The notes: generated by a model from the sequence alone, not told the origin. A DNA stretch of 64,000 nt from Bacteroidota bacterium (GCA_947476645.1 CANJRM010000006.1:3146-67145), one strand, 5' to 3'; numbered from the stretch's first letter, positions 27,156 to 37,061 are shown. A program made the numbers and translations.

Positions 27156-28778
27156 TTACATCTTTACCCACCTTCTCTTTACACTACCTTCTTTAGTTTT
27201 TATTTCGGCTATGTAAACACCTTGCGCCAACTGGCTAACATCAATGTTTTTGTTTTGCAATTGTGTGGCTTGGTTTACCAAAGCACCAGTAATGTTGTAA
27301 ATGTTTACTAGTTGCACTTCTGTCCCATTGGTTTCTAAAAATAATTGGTCGGTAGTTGGATTTGGATATATTTTAAAGGCAGTCGTGCTTTCAGTTTCAT
27401 TTATGTTTGAAACCACTCCTAATTTAACTATCCAGAAATCTGATGCATTATCCTCCCCATGATAGCCACTTCCAGCACTACCGTGATGTCCAGTTACGTC
27501 ACCAGTAATCGATTCTGAAAAACCTGCAACAACGTAACCCCCGTCTAAAGATTGAATAACAGAATATGCCTCCTCAGAACCTTCACCACCTAATGCTTTT
27601 TGCCATTGTATATTTCCGTTAGCATCTAATTTTACAACCCAATAATCTTGAGTAAAACATCCACTACATCCAATTCCATGATGTAGGCCTGTTACATCAT
27701 GATCGTCAGACTCAGTCCACCCACCTACAATGTATCCTCCATCTGTCGTCTGTTGTATAGAGTTCGCTTCGTCATTGTATATGCCCCCAAGTGATTTTTG
27801 CCATTGCAGAATTCCTGTACTGCTTAATTTCATTACCCAATAATCTTCGCCACCTAAATTTACAGTAACATCTCCGTCATTTGATCCAGATATGCCTGCT
27901 ACAATATAACCACCATCTGTAGTTTGCTGGACAGCACGTGCCTCATCTGCACCATAGCCACCAAAACATTTTTGCCATTCTATACTGCCTGATGTGTCTA
28001 CTTTCACAATCCAATAGTCGCTACTTACACCTACATTATGACCTGTAACATCACCATCAAAAGAGCCAGTTAAACCCGCCATGATATATCCGCCATCAAA
28101 TGTTTGCCCAATAGACATTACTCTATCTGCACCATTACCACCTAAGGATTTTTGCCATTGAATATTTCCTGATGCATCTAATTTTACTAACCAGTAATCT
28201 GATGAAGAACCATGTAGCCCTATTACATCACCATCTGTGGAAACTGGTATCCCAGCTACAATGTATCCTCCGTCAGTTGTCTGTCGTACATCATAGCTAA
28301 TATCTACACTTGATCCACCTAGCGTTTTTTGCCATTGTATATTACCTATTAGCCCTAATTTCACAATCCAAATGTCATGTTGCGGATTACCACTGTTGCC
28401 ATGATGACCTGTTACATCTCCGTTAAATGAGTCAGCGTATCCTGCAACAATATAACCACTGTCCTGTGTTTGATGAATAGAGTAGGCAAAATCAGTATTC
28501 GTTCCACCAAGCATTTTCTGCCATTGGATAGCACCTAAACTATTTAACTTTACTATCCAATAATCCCAGAAAAATCCACTATGTAACCCTGATGCATCTC
28601 CGCTATTTGATAAAGAATACCCCGCAACAATATATCCTCCATCGTAAGTTTGCTGGATTGACCTTGCAACCTCGCCATTTGATCCACCCAATGATTTTTG
28701 CCACTCAATATATGGTGCTTGAGCAGCAATACATAACGAAAATATTAGCGGAAAGAAAAGAGAAAAAATATTTTTCAT
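27156..28778 (-). CDS. Beta-propeller-like repeat protein (WQK...GG...DGGYIVAG...GDVTG...DYWIVKL repeats) with T9SS type A CTD
   Basis: Signal peptide, ~9 repeats of ~50 aa, and CTD IYPNPTTDQLFL...GVYIAEIKTKEG. Confidence 0.8.
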   Translation of the reverse strand: MKNIFSLFFPLIFSLCIAAQAPYIEWQKSLGGSNGEVARSIQQTYDGGYIVAGYSLSNSGDASGLHSGFFWDYWIVKLNSLGAIQWQKMLGGTNTDFAYSIHQTQDSGYIVAGYADSFNGDVTGHHGNSGNPQHDIWIVKLGLIGNIQWQKTLGGSSVDISYDVRQTTDGGYIVAGIPVSTDGDVIGLHGSSSDYWLVKLDASGNIQWQKSLGGNGADRVMSIGQTFDGGYIMAGLTGSFDGDVTGHNVGVSSDYWIVKVDTSGSIEWQKCFGGYGADEARAVQQTTDGGYIVAGISGSNDGDVTVNLGGEDYWVMKLSSTGILQWQKSLGGIYNDEANSIQQTTDGGYIVGGWTESDDHDVTGLHHGIGCSGCFTQDYWVVKLDANGNIQWQKALGGEGSEEAYSVIQSLDGGYVVAGFSESITGDVTGHHGSAGSGYHGEDNASDFWIVKLGVVSNINETESTTAFKIYPNPTTDQLFLETNGTEVQLVNIYNITGALVNQATQLQNKNIDVSQLAQGVYIAEIKTKEGSVKRRWVKM

Positions 28779-28832
28779 ACAACAATGTTTCCATTTCTTA
28801 TTTACTAGGAAGAAGTCTTGCGTAATCAGTAG

Positions 28833-29108
28833 TTATTCCTCCTGTACAATTTTTAATTCAGGTGTGATGGAAATAGTATTAGGATGCCCAGTAGATGGAT
28901 AGACCATATTCTCTTTAATGTAATAATAAGGTTGCCCAGGTATTGCCATGGTATTAATTGCGGTAGGGTAAATCAAGTTTCCCACAACAGTAAAAAGTGC
29001 GATTGGTTTTGTTGGGTCAAGCGAATAAACTACATCGCCTTTAAGCTCATATTTTTTCCCTTCTGTTAAGAAGGTACTTTTATTTACAGAGTATAGATAG
29101 GTTCTCAT
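28833..29108 (-). CDS. Hypothetical small protein
   Basis: The ORF has coding-like composition. The first ATG is at 29108. The track ORF begins at a TTG (29156) that lies inside a repeated motif. Confidence 0.45.
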   Translation of the reverse strand: MRTYLYSVNKSTFLTEGKKYELKGDVVYSLDPTKPIALFTVVGNLIYPTAINTMAIPGQPYYYIKENMVYPSTGHPNTISITPELKIVQEE

Positions 29109-29455
29109 ATTTGCTATTGTTAGTGTTTTAGTATCGCCTTTGCGGTTCGTCACCAACAGCTATTCTCATGCAAATCTAAACTTCCTTTTCCTTTCCAAAA
29201 AATTTTCTTTTTGCCGTTGTTGGTGTTTAGTCCCGCAGTCTCTGCGGACGTCACCAACAACTATTTTCGTCTAGGCACTCTCTCCTTCTTACTTCCCTAC
29301 GCAATGCGAGTTCCACCCCCTCCAAAAAAAAATTTCTCAATCTCAAAAACTCTTTTTTCTTTTGCATCAACATTCAGAAAACAACATTTCATAACTCACT
29401 CTTCTGGTTCTAAACAAAAACCAAGATTGAATTAGAAGGGCTAAAAATCTTCAAC

Positions 29456-30190
29456 ATGGAAACAGGACACGCAAAAAATGTAGCCAACTTTGGCAAAATC
29501 AAAACCTTCGTTACAGGCTATGGTGCCGCTTACGCGCCCGCCAACCCAAAACTCGTTATTGCAGCCATCACACCCAAATTCACCGCCAGCGACTTAGCCG
29601 TAAAAGCCGTTGAACCCGTTCACAAACCTTACAAAGATGCCATTGACTTGCGCAAAACCTCCTTCGCTCCCGTAAACGCCATCTTAACCAGTGCCTTCAA
29701 AGTGCTCAAATCAAGCGATGGCGTTTCCGACACCACTGTTAACGATGCCTTCACCCTCCTCAAAAAAATAAAAGGCACCAACCGCCCTCCAAAAAAGAAA
29801 ACAGGTGGTAGCGAACCCACACCCGATTCACACTCCACCTCCCAGCAAAGCTACGACATGCGTCTGGCAAACATCGTTGACTTTATTGCCCTCCTCGCTG
29901 CCACTCCCCAATACACCCCCAATGAAGTAGAAATAAAAGTGGCTAACCTTCAGGCAGGCGCGGCAGACCTTGCAGTAGTGAACACCGCTGTGGCTACCGC
30001 ATATCAACCTTATTCAACTGCACTCAAAAACCGCGACACAGAACTTTACGCTCCCGAAACAGGGCTTTACGACATAGCCGCAAAAATCAAAACCTACGTT
30101 TCCGGCATCACCACCCTTTCCGCCACCGATAAAAAACTCGTCACCTCCCTCAAATTCACCAAACCTCTCGATAAAGCCCTGCACCTTTAA
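29456..30190 (+). CDS. Hypothetical protein (METGHAKNVANF... family), no signal peptide
   Basis: 244-aa ORF rich in Ala/Thr/Lys/Pro, followed directly by a strong terminator. Confidence 0.7.
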   Translation: METGHAKNVANFGKIKTFVTGYGAAYAPANPKLVIAAITPKFTASDLAVKAVEPVHKPYKDAIDLRKTSFAPVNAILTSAFKVLKSSDGVSDTTVNDAFTLLKKIKGTNRPPKKKTGGSEPTPDSHSTSQQSYDMRLANIVDFIALLAATPQYTPNEVEIKVANLQAGAADLAVVNTAVATAYQPYSTALKNRDTELYAPETGLYDIAAKIKTYVSGITTLSATDKKLVTSLKFTKPLDKALHL

Positions 30191-30206
30191 ACGCCTCCTG
30201 TTTCCC

Positions 30207-30240
30207 AATCAAAAATGCCCCTTCATGGGGCATTTTGATT
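30207..30240 (+). terminator. Rho-independent terminator
   Basis: AATCAAAAATGCCCC-TTCA-TGGGGCATTTTGATT. Confidence 0.75.
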
Positions 30241-30261
30241 AAAAAACCTTTACAACAACCG

Positions 30262-30533
30262 TATTTTGAATGCATGAAGCGTACTGCGCAGTACAACAGC
30301 AATACTTTAAACTCCTTCAAGAGTATTTCAAATTACAACAGCAGTACTACTGAATACTTCAAGTCTATTTCAAAATACAACAGTCATACAACAGAATACA
30401 TGGAGCATATTGGTAAATCCACCAAGGCTATTTTCAAATACAACCCCCGTAATTTAAAATGCAACAGGCATATTTTCATTTCCCGCAACGCTATAACAAC
30501 CTGCCAAATAAATACTGCAACTCTTCTTTGGGT
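30262..30533. repeat. Degenerate 21-bp phased tandem array (~13 units, partly with 42-bp super-period)
   Basis: Units anchored by TAY start at 30282, 30303, 30324 and so on to 30513 with no indels. Recurrent unit types are TATTTCAAAATACAACAG and TACnnnnnAnnCTTCAAG. Confidence 0.8.
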
Positions 30534-30545
30534 TAAATCGTTTTT

Positions 30546-30595
30546 GTATTCACTTCTGCATTCTGCAATCGTTAATCTTCAATCGCTAATCAAAA
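30546..30595 (+). repeat. Dispersed ~50-bp intergenic repeat, copy A
   Basis: GTATTCACTTCTGCATTCTGCAATCGTTAATCTTCAATCGCTAATCAAAA. Its reverse complement recurs at 47749..47810. Confidence 0.85.
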
Positions 30596-30679
30596 GATAT
30601 TTTAGATTTTCTTTCCTCCTGAAGCCTCCGCTTCGGCATCCTGCGCGCGCCCTCGCCCCTTTCTTTTTATTATTGCACC

Positions 30680-31435
30680 ATGCTTCGAAAAATCCTCCTT
30701 CTCGCACTCAGCATTCAGCTGAGTATTTTTTCAAACGCTCAGGCACCCTTCACTTCGCCTTACAAACTTTCGCTTGCGGTTGATATGCCATTAGGCACAA
30801 ACGCCATTGGCTTGCTCGGCACATCGTATTTACTCGGCACCACCCATTCACTTCCTTCACAGGAAAGCATTCTCAAACTCGACCGCAACTCCATCAACAA
30901 ATTCGACCGCGGTGCCACTTATCAAAACTCAAAAACCTGCGGCTACATAAGCGATGCCACTATGTATGCAGCAATCGCTTTGCCGCTCTTGCATCTCATC
31001 AATCCCAACTCAAGAAAAGACTTTGGAAAAATTGCAGTAATGACAGCCGAAGTATTTGCACTCAACATTGCCGTCACCAATTTGTTTAAAGAAACCATTC
31101 ATCGTCCGCGCCCCTTGGTTTACAATCCCGATGTGCCCATCTCGCAAAAACTCAAGAAAGATAATTTCAAATCATTCTTCAGCGGGCATACTTCTACTGT
31201 CTCGTCCATGAGCTTTTTCTTTGCCGCTACTTATGCCACGTACAATCCAAATTCAAAATTGAAACCTGTGGTGTGGTCGCTGTGTGCGGCTTTGCCTATT
31301 CTCACAGGAGTGCTTCGCTACAAAGCCGGCAAACATTATTGGACAGACGTAATCACGGGCTACTTAGTAGGAGCTGCTATTGGAGTAGCTGTGCCTTATC
31401 TGCACAGCGTAAAATGGAAATTTAATAAGCAGTAA
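30680..31435 (+). CDS. PAP2-family phosphatase
   Basis: Motifs KETIHRPRP, SFFSGHTS and RYKAGKHYWTDVITG. Confidence 0.85.
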   Translation: MLRKILLLALSIQLSIFSNAQAPFTSPYKLSLAVDMPLGTNAIGLLGTSYLLGTTHSLPSQESILKLDRNSINKFDRGATYQNSKTCGYISDATMYAAIALPLLHLINPNSRKDFGKIAVMTAEVFALNIAVTNLFKETIHRPRPLVYNPDVPISQKLKKDNFKSFFSGHTSTVSSMSFFFAATYATYNPNSKLKPVVWSLCAALPILTGVLRYKAGKHYWTDVITGYLVGAAIGVAVPYLHSVKWKFNKQ

Positions 31436-31453
31436 AAAAAGACGTTTGTCTTT

Positions 31454-33370
31454 TTATCTGTTTCTCATCAGCAACGTACGAATTTCTTTCACCGGTGCCG
31501 AGCCAAAGCTCAGAAATTTTTCGTGGAATTTTTTTAGCGTAAATCGTTTGTCAAGTTTAGCTCTCAACTCTTCACGCAGCTCATAAATTTCGGTAAGCCC
31601 TGTAAAGTAACTCGTCAACTGCACCTGACTCAACGTAACGCGCTTATATTTTTCCGCAGCTTCCGTCTCCTGTTGAAAAGCTTCATTCACGAGCAAATTG
31701 CGCACTTCTTTTTCACTCCAGTTATTGCAATGAACATTATAGTCGAGAATAAAGTTGCACGCTTCGCGCAAATTCCACTTGTAATAAAACAACAACATCT
31801 CTGGCGAATCATGAAAGCCCTGCTCAATCATCATACGCTCTACATAACAAGCCCATCCTTCAATCGTAGCTCCGTTTCCAAGAATGGTTTTAATCATACT
31901 AGCTGAACGGTTAGCATAAATACCTTGTGTATAATGTCCGGGTATTGCCTCATGAATATTCAATATCGGTAACACATAGTCGTTGTATTCTCGCAAATAA
32001 CTTTCTGCTTGTTCTGGGGTGTAATTAGTCAAGGGAGTTACATTGTAATATGTAGTTCCCGTGCGGTCGTAAGGACCTGGCGAGTTAATACTTGCTCCGG
32101 CAACGCCTGCCATATACTCCGGTGTTTTGCGCACTTTCAACGGCTTGGTCGAATCCAAATCAATCAACTGTCTTTCATTAATAAACTTCGTTAACTCCGG
32201 CAATTGCTTTTCTATAGTCGTCATAAAATCTTCTCGCTTGCAATGTTTCACCGACAAGGCATCAATCAATTCCTTCACCGCTACAAGTTTGTCTTTAGGC
32301 ATTTCCTTAGTGCCCATATGTGGGCTCCAAAGCTTCTGTGTTATCGTAAACATTTCGCCCTGCACAAATTCTTTGCGCTGCTCAGCCTTCTTATACATCT
32401 CCTCTGCTGTATATTGCGAATTGATGTCAAGTGCAAATTTCTTCTGGTATAGTTCTTTGCCTATTCTGAAACTGTGTGCTGCATCTTTTTCCGTTTCAGG
32501 CAAAATGCTTTTCAGAAAACTAACATAGCCTTGCACCGCAGCTTTTGCTTTATCTGCATTGGCTTTAAACTCTCTTTGCTCCACACTATTCAATCCCGAT
32601 TTTGCCAATGAATCGGGCAATACTTTATCAAAGAAATAAAGCGAACCTTCATTCTGTTTTATAGCAAGTTGCGTATGCTCTTTTGTAGGGTTGGTAATGT
32701 TTGCTTGTGCTGCTTTGTAATATTCAGGAACTAAGCTTAACTTCTTTTTTAGTGAAAGTATTTTATCCTTCAATGCAATTCTGTTATAATCCAGAATATC
32801 AAAAATGCTTCCGCCAATATTGTACGAAGATGGATCCCACTCATAACTCTTAAACTCATTTACATTGAACCGAACACCTGCCAAAAAATTTTCTACTAAA
32901 CGGTAATCGGTTTTCTCATTTGGTTTGAGCGAATCGAAATTGAGTCTTTGCATCCAACCATCAACAGTTTTACAAAACCGTAATTCGGTTTCGCGCGATT
33001 CTTTATCAGGAATCACTAACAGTGAATCATATTTATGAAAGCCCGATGAAGTAGCCCAGCCCGGGTAAGTTCTCCATAGCATTTCAATAAAATCGAGCTT
33101 GAAAGTTTCAAAAGGACTTTCCTTGAACTCCTTGGCTTTGTTTACAATTACCGGCTGGTCGCCATCTGCAACCACTTTTTCTTTCTGCTTGCCTTCATAT
33201 TCTTTGCGTTGACCCTGCGCTTCCTTAGTCGCGTTTGATGGACGTAAATTTTGAGGCTTATTTAATTGTTCTTTTTCTTCTTGCGTTTGCGTGCCTTTGT
33301 CTTGGGCTTGTGCAGAAATTGCAACTAACAAAAACAGCACAGCAATAAAAGGAGAGATAGATTTTTTCAT
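31454..33370 (-). CDS. DUF885-family protein (secreted, putative metallopeptidase-like)
   Basis: HEAIPGHYTQ motif. The start is taken at MKKSISPFIAVLFLLVAISAQA (33370), which removes the overlap with the upstream gene. Confidence 0.8.
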   Translation of the reverse strand: MKKSISPFIAVLFLLVAISAQAQDKGTQTQEEKEQLNKPQNLRPSNATKEAQGQRKEYEGKQKEKVVADGDQPVIVNKAKEFKESPFETFKLDFIEMLWRTYPGWATSSGFHKYDSLLVIPDKESRETELRFCKTVDGWMQRLNFDSLKPNEKTDYRLVENFLAGVRFNVNEFKSYEWDPSSYNIGGSIFDILDYNRIALKDKILSLKKKLSLVPEYYKAAQANITNPTKEHTQLAIKQNEGSLYFFDKVLPDSLAKSGLNSVEQREFKANADKAKAAVQGYVSFLKSILPETEKDAAHSFRIGKELYQKKFALDINSQYTAEEMYKKAEQRKEFVQGEMFTITQKLWSPHMGTKEMPKDKLVAVKELIDALSVKHCKREDFMTTIEKQLPELTKFINERQLIDLDSTKPLKVRKTPEYMAGVAGASINSPGPYDRTGTTYYNVTPLTNYTPEQAESYLREYNDYVLPILNIHEAIPGHYTQGIYANRSASMIKTILGNGATIEGWACYVERMMIEQGFHDSPEMLLFYYKWNLREACNFILDYNVHCNNWSEKEVRNLLVNEAFQQETEAAEKYKRVTLSQVQLTSYFTGLTEIYELREELRAKLDKRFTLKKFHEKFLSFGSAPVKEIRTLLMRNR

Positions 33371-33401
33371 AAACAAAATTTTTGAGAGCGTGAATCTAAA
33401 A

Positions 33402-34121
33402 TTATGCATCGTATTTACGCAACAGTTTCAGTAGCGTTTCCATGTCTTTTGGCAGCGGAGCATGTAAAGTAATTTCAGTTCCTTTTACCGGATGTGTAAA
33501 CGTAAGTTCATACGCATGAAGTGTTAACCGCGAAATAGTAGGACGCTCTTCCTCGCCACTTGCCTTGTAATTTTTTTTGAGCTTTGAGAAATAGAAAGCT
33601 TCCGTATTAGCATAAACTTCATCCACCAAAAGTGGGTTTCCCAAATAGGCTAAGTGAACTCGTATCTGATGCGTTCTCCCTGTTTTAATTTCCACTTTCA
33701 ACAGTGCAGCATGTTTAAATTGTTCTTCCACTTCATAAAGCGTGAGTGCGTTTTTCCCTCGCTTGTTAATGAGCATGGTTCCCGGTTTTGTTTTGCTTTC
33801 AGCAATAGGCAAATCAATTTCTCCTGAAGCAGACTTCATTCTTCCCGAAACAAAAGCCAGATATTTTTTCTTCACTTCATGATTCTGAAACTGCAAAGAG
33901 AGATGCCGGTGTGCAGCTTCGTTTCGTGCAAAACAAAGTATACCACTGGTGCCGCGGTCAATACGATGCACTATAAATAATTTTCCAAAATCCTTTTCAA
34001 AAATATTTTGAAGCGTTTCACGCTCGGTATGTATGCGGTCAGGAATGACAGTAATACCCGATGGTTTGTTGACCACCAGTATATCATCATCATAAAAAAT
34101 TATTTCAGGAGTATTCTTCAA
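33402..34121 (-). CDS. RluA-family pseudouridine synthase
   Basis: Motifs VNKPSG, HRIDRGTSG and GRTHQIRVHL. Confidence 0.88.
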   Translation of the reverse strand: MKNTPEIIFYDDDILVVNKPSGITVIPDRIHTERETLQNIFEKDFGKLFIVHRIDRGTSGILCFARNEAAHRHLSLQFQNHEVKKKYLAFVSGRMKSASGEIDLPIAESKTKPGTMLINKRGKNALTLYEVEEQFKHAALLKVEIKTGRTHQIRVHLAYLGNPLLVDEVYANTEAFYFSKLKKNYKASGEEERPTISRLTLHAYELTFTHPVKGTEITLHAPLPKDMETLLKLLRKYDA

Positions 34122-34627
34122 GGATTGCAGTTGGTAAAATAATGAGTGCCGTTTTGTATGGTTAAATCGATTGCCAGTTTAGAGCTACTCAAATAACCCG
34201 AGCCGCTTACTGTGCCGGTATAATGTCCGGTGGCATTTTGTGTAAAAATGTCGAAGGTATATTTATTGGAAACAGTTGCAATAACCGTAAATGAATCGCC
34301 ATTGAAATTAGCAATGTAAAAAGTTGACAAACTTGGACCTGCCTTTATCTGCAATGAATGATTTTTTGTTCCTGCGGTTGAAGTTGTTATAGCACTCCAC
34401 GTGCGAATAAATTTTTCGCGTACAAGCACGTTGCAGTTATCACCACCATAACCCAAGGCGCATGGCTGCTCGCAATTTTTACCTCCATACCAAAGTTTGC
34501 AATCGCAACTGCCATCATTGCAAACTCCCCCATGCATGCAACTCGTGTCAGCGCATTTGCTTTTGCAATTGTTCAATAAAACACTAAGCACCAGAATTAA
34601 AACACTAACCGATAAGCTTCTCTTCAC
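34118..34627 (-). CDS. Lipoprotein with a canonical EGF-like cysteine module
   Basis: Lipobox LLNNC. The sequence C-ADTS-C-MHGGV-C-NDGS-C-D-C-KLWYGGKN-C matches EGF spacing C-x4-C-x5-C-x4-C-x-C-x8-C. There is a 4-nt overlap with the rluA-family gene. Confidence 0.7.
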   Translation of the reverse strand: MKRSLSVSVLILVLSVLLNNCKSKCADTSCMHGGVCNDGSCDCKLWYGGKNCEQPCALGYGGDNCNVLVREKFIRTWSAITTSTAGTKNHSLQIKAGPSLSTFYIANFNGDSFTVIATVSNKYTFDIFTQNATGHYTGTVSGSGYLSSSKLAIDLTIQNGTHYFTNCNP

Positions 34628-34694
34628 CTATGAAAAATTAAATCTGGTTTCAAATAAATTACATTCACCCGCCAATCCAAAGACAAAATTATTC

Positions 34695-37061
34695 ATGCGC
34701 TGCGTTGCATTTCTCTTTTTAATTTTTCTTGCCTCATCCATTGTTAACGCGCAATCTTTTACAAAAAATATCAAAGGAAAAATTACCGATAAAGACAGCA
34801 AACAACCTTTAGCGGGCGTGAATGTATTGGTAATTAATTCTAATCCGCCTCAGGGAGCTACAACTGATTTGGATGGAAATTTCATAATTGGTAATGTGTC
34901 GGTTGGTCGACACAATATCAAGTTCACATACATTGGTTATGAAGATGCATCGGTGAACGAAGTGCTCGTTAGTTCAGGCAAAGAAATTTTTCTGACCATA
35001 GAAATGCAGGAGAAAATTACGAAGATGAACGCGGTTGAAATTACTTACCAGCGCGATAAATCAAAAGCCAATAATGATTTAGCTCCCATAAGTGCCCGTT
35101 CTTTTTCCGCTGAAGAAATGAATCGTTATGCAGGCACACAAAACGACCCTGCACGTATGGCGCAAAGTTTTGCAGGAGTGGTAACTGCTAATGATGAAAA
35201 CAATCAGATTGTTGTGCGCGGAAATTCTCCGCGCGGTTTGTTGTGGCGCATGGAAGGAGTTGAAATTCCAAATCCGAATCATTTTGCAGGAAGTGAAGGT
35301 TCTACAGGTGGCGGTGTGAGTATTCTTTCATCGAACATGCTCACCAACACTGACTTTTATTCAGGTGCTTTTGCTGCCGAATACGGTAACGCACTCTCCG
35401 GAGTTTTTGACGTGAACTTGCGAAAAGGAAATTCTGAAAAATGGGAGTTTGCTTTGAAGGTGGGTGTGTTAGGTGCAGAGACAACACTCGAAGGTCCATT
35501 TAGTAAAAAATATAAAGGTTCTTATCTGATTAACTACCGTTATTCTACACTCGAACTTTTTGCACTCCTTGGTTTTAAAATTGGTGGCAACGTAACTCCG
35601 AAGTATCAGGACTTATGTTTCAATTTTTATTTCCCCACTAAAAAAATAGGAACGTTTACCATTTTCGGTATTGGGGGCATGAGCAGTTTGGGCGATTATG
35701 CAAAACACGATTCATCTTCCTGGAAAACTCTTTCTGATAAAAGTGAATTTGCGCAAAAGCAAATGATGGGGGTTACAGGTTTAACTCATTTGCTATTGCT
35801 GAAAGACAATCGGACATATTTGAAAACTACTCTTAGTTACAGCTACACCAACAACACCAGCACTGACGACACGCTCGATTACGATTTCAAAAAGTTCAAT
35901 ATCAACGACCAGAAATTTATCTACAAAACATTTCGCGGAGCAATGATGCTCAATTCGAAATTAGATGTGATGAATACTATTCGTGTGGGTATTATCTATA
36001 GCAATATTGATTACAAACTTTACAGCGAAGCGTTCTCTTACCTCTCATCAAAAACCGAAACGCAGGTAAAAAACACTGGCAATACATCGATGTTTCAAGC
36101 TTATGCGCAATGGAAACATCGTTTCACCGAACGCTTTCAATTGAACACAGGAGTGCATTTTCTTTTCTCCTTTCTCAACAATAAATTTTACGTAGAGCCG
36201 CGCATGAGTGGTGAGTGGCGCGTGAAAGAAAACAACACACTTAGCTTTGGTCTGGGTTTACACAGCCGTGTGGATGCTGTAAGCACTTACGTTTCGTATG
36301 CGGGTAACGCCACACAAAATAATTTCCCGAATAAAAATCTTGATTTTTCGCGCGCACTGCATGTTGTAGCAGGCTACAATTTAAATTTCAAGAAGGATTT
36401 TCGTTTCAAAGCCGAAGCCTATGTGCAGTACCTCTTCAGCATTCCAATTGGGACAGATTCTGCCAATAGAACTTTCTCCATTGTAAATTATGATGACGGT
36501 TTTGTAAATATTCCCTTGCAGAATAAAGGCACAGGTTACAACTACGGTTTGGAAATTACTCTGGAGAAATATTTCTCAAAGAATTACTTCTTCATGTTTA
36601 CCACTTCACTATTCAATTCAAAATATAAAGGAGCTGACAATGTTTGGCGCAATACAGCTTATAACGTCAACTACGTAGTAAATGCTTTAGGCGGAAAAGA
36701 GTTTGTTGTTGGGAAAAAGAAAAACAACAGCATTGGTGTAAATGCAAAAATTATTTGGCGCGGAGGAAACAGAGTTACTCCTGTTGATTTAGAAAAATCA
36801 ATCGCAGCTAATCAAACGGTTTATAAAACCAATGAAGCATTTACCGAAAAACTTCCCGACTATTTTCGTGTTGACTTTGGTGTAAGTTTCAGACGCAACA
36901 AAAAGAAATACTCCTGGGTGCTTGGCTTTGATGCGCAAAACATCATAAACCGCGAAAACGTGGCTTACAAACTTTACGACCCCGAAAAAAAAATGATTGT
37001 TACAAAAAGGAATCTGGGAATTGTTCCCGTATTTAGTTGGAAGGTAGAATTTGGGATTTAG
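34695..37061 (+). CDS. TonB-dependent receptor with an N-terminal carboxypeptidase-regulatory-like domain
   Basis: The start is at MRCVAFLFLIFLASSIVNAQ (ATG 34695). CarbopepD_reg-like IKGKITDKDSKQPLAGVNVLV...TDLDGNF, a plug region, and a C-terminal beta-barrel ending in F. Confidence 0.85.
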   Translation: MRCVAFLFLIFLASSIVNAQSFTKNIKGKITDKDSKQPLAGVNVLVINSNPPQGATTDLDGNFIIGNVSVGRHNIKFTYIGYEDASVNEVLVSSGKEIFLTIEMQEKITKMNAVEITYQRDKSKANNDLAPISARSFSAEEMNRYAGTQNDPARMAQSFAGVVTANDENNQIVVRGNSPRGLLWRMEGVEIPNPNHFAGSEGSTGGGVSILSSNMLTNTDFYSGAFAAEYGNALSGVFDVNLRKGNSEKWEFALKVGVLGAETTLEGPFSKKYKGSYLINYRYSTLELFALLGFKIGGNVTPKYQDLCFNFYFPTKKIGTFTIFGIGGMSSLGDYAKHDSSSWKTLSDKSEFAQKQMMGVTGLTHLLLLKDNRTYLKTTLSYSYTNNTSTDDTLDYDFKKFNINDQKFIYKTFRGAMMLNSKLDVMNTIRVGIIYSNIDYKLYSEAFSYLSSKTETQVKNTGNTSMFQAYAQWKHRFTERFQLNTGVHFLFSFLNNKFYVEPRMSGEWRVKENNTLSFGLGLHSRVDAVSTYVSYAGNATQNNFPNKNLDFSRALHVVAGYNLNFKKDFRFKAEAYVQYLFSIPIGTDSANRTFSIVNYDDGFVNIPLQNKGTGYNYGLEITLEKYFSKNYFFMFTTSLFNSKYKGADNVWRNTAYNVNYVVNALGGKEFVVGKKKNNSIGVNAKIIWRGGNRVTPVDLEKSIAANQTVYKTNEAFTEKLPDYFRVDFGVSFRRNKKKYSWVLGFDAQNIINRENVAYKLYDPEKKMIVTKRNLGIVPVFSWKVEFGI

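Noticed and set aside
30235-30783. 182-aa track ORF spanning the 21-bp array and the 50-bp repeat
   Set aside because: It starts inside the terminator hairpin of the upstream gene, runs through repeats and has an odd Tyr/Asn/Ser/Phe-rich composition. It also overlaps the well-supported start of the PAP2 gene at 30680.
33371-33409. Longer start (MHNFRF...) for the DUF885 gene, overlapping the rluA-family gene end
   Set aside because: The signal peptide begins at the internal Met (33370). The extension would overlap the upstream gene by 8 nt and adds a non-signal N-terminus.
34497-34694. N-terminal 66-aa extension of the TonB-dependent receptor ORF
   Set aside because: It overlaps the EGF-lipoprotein gene on the opposite strand. 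A canonical signal peptide begins at the internal ATG 34695.
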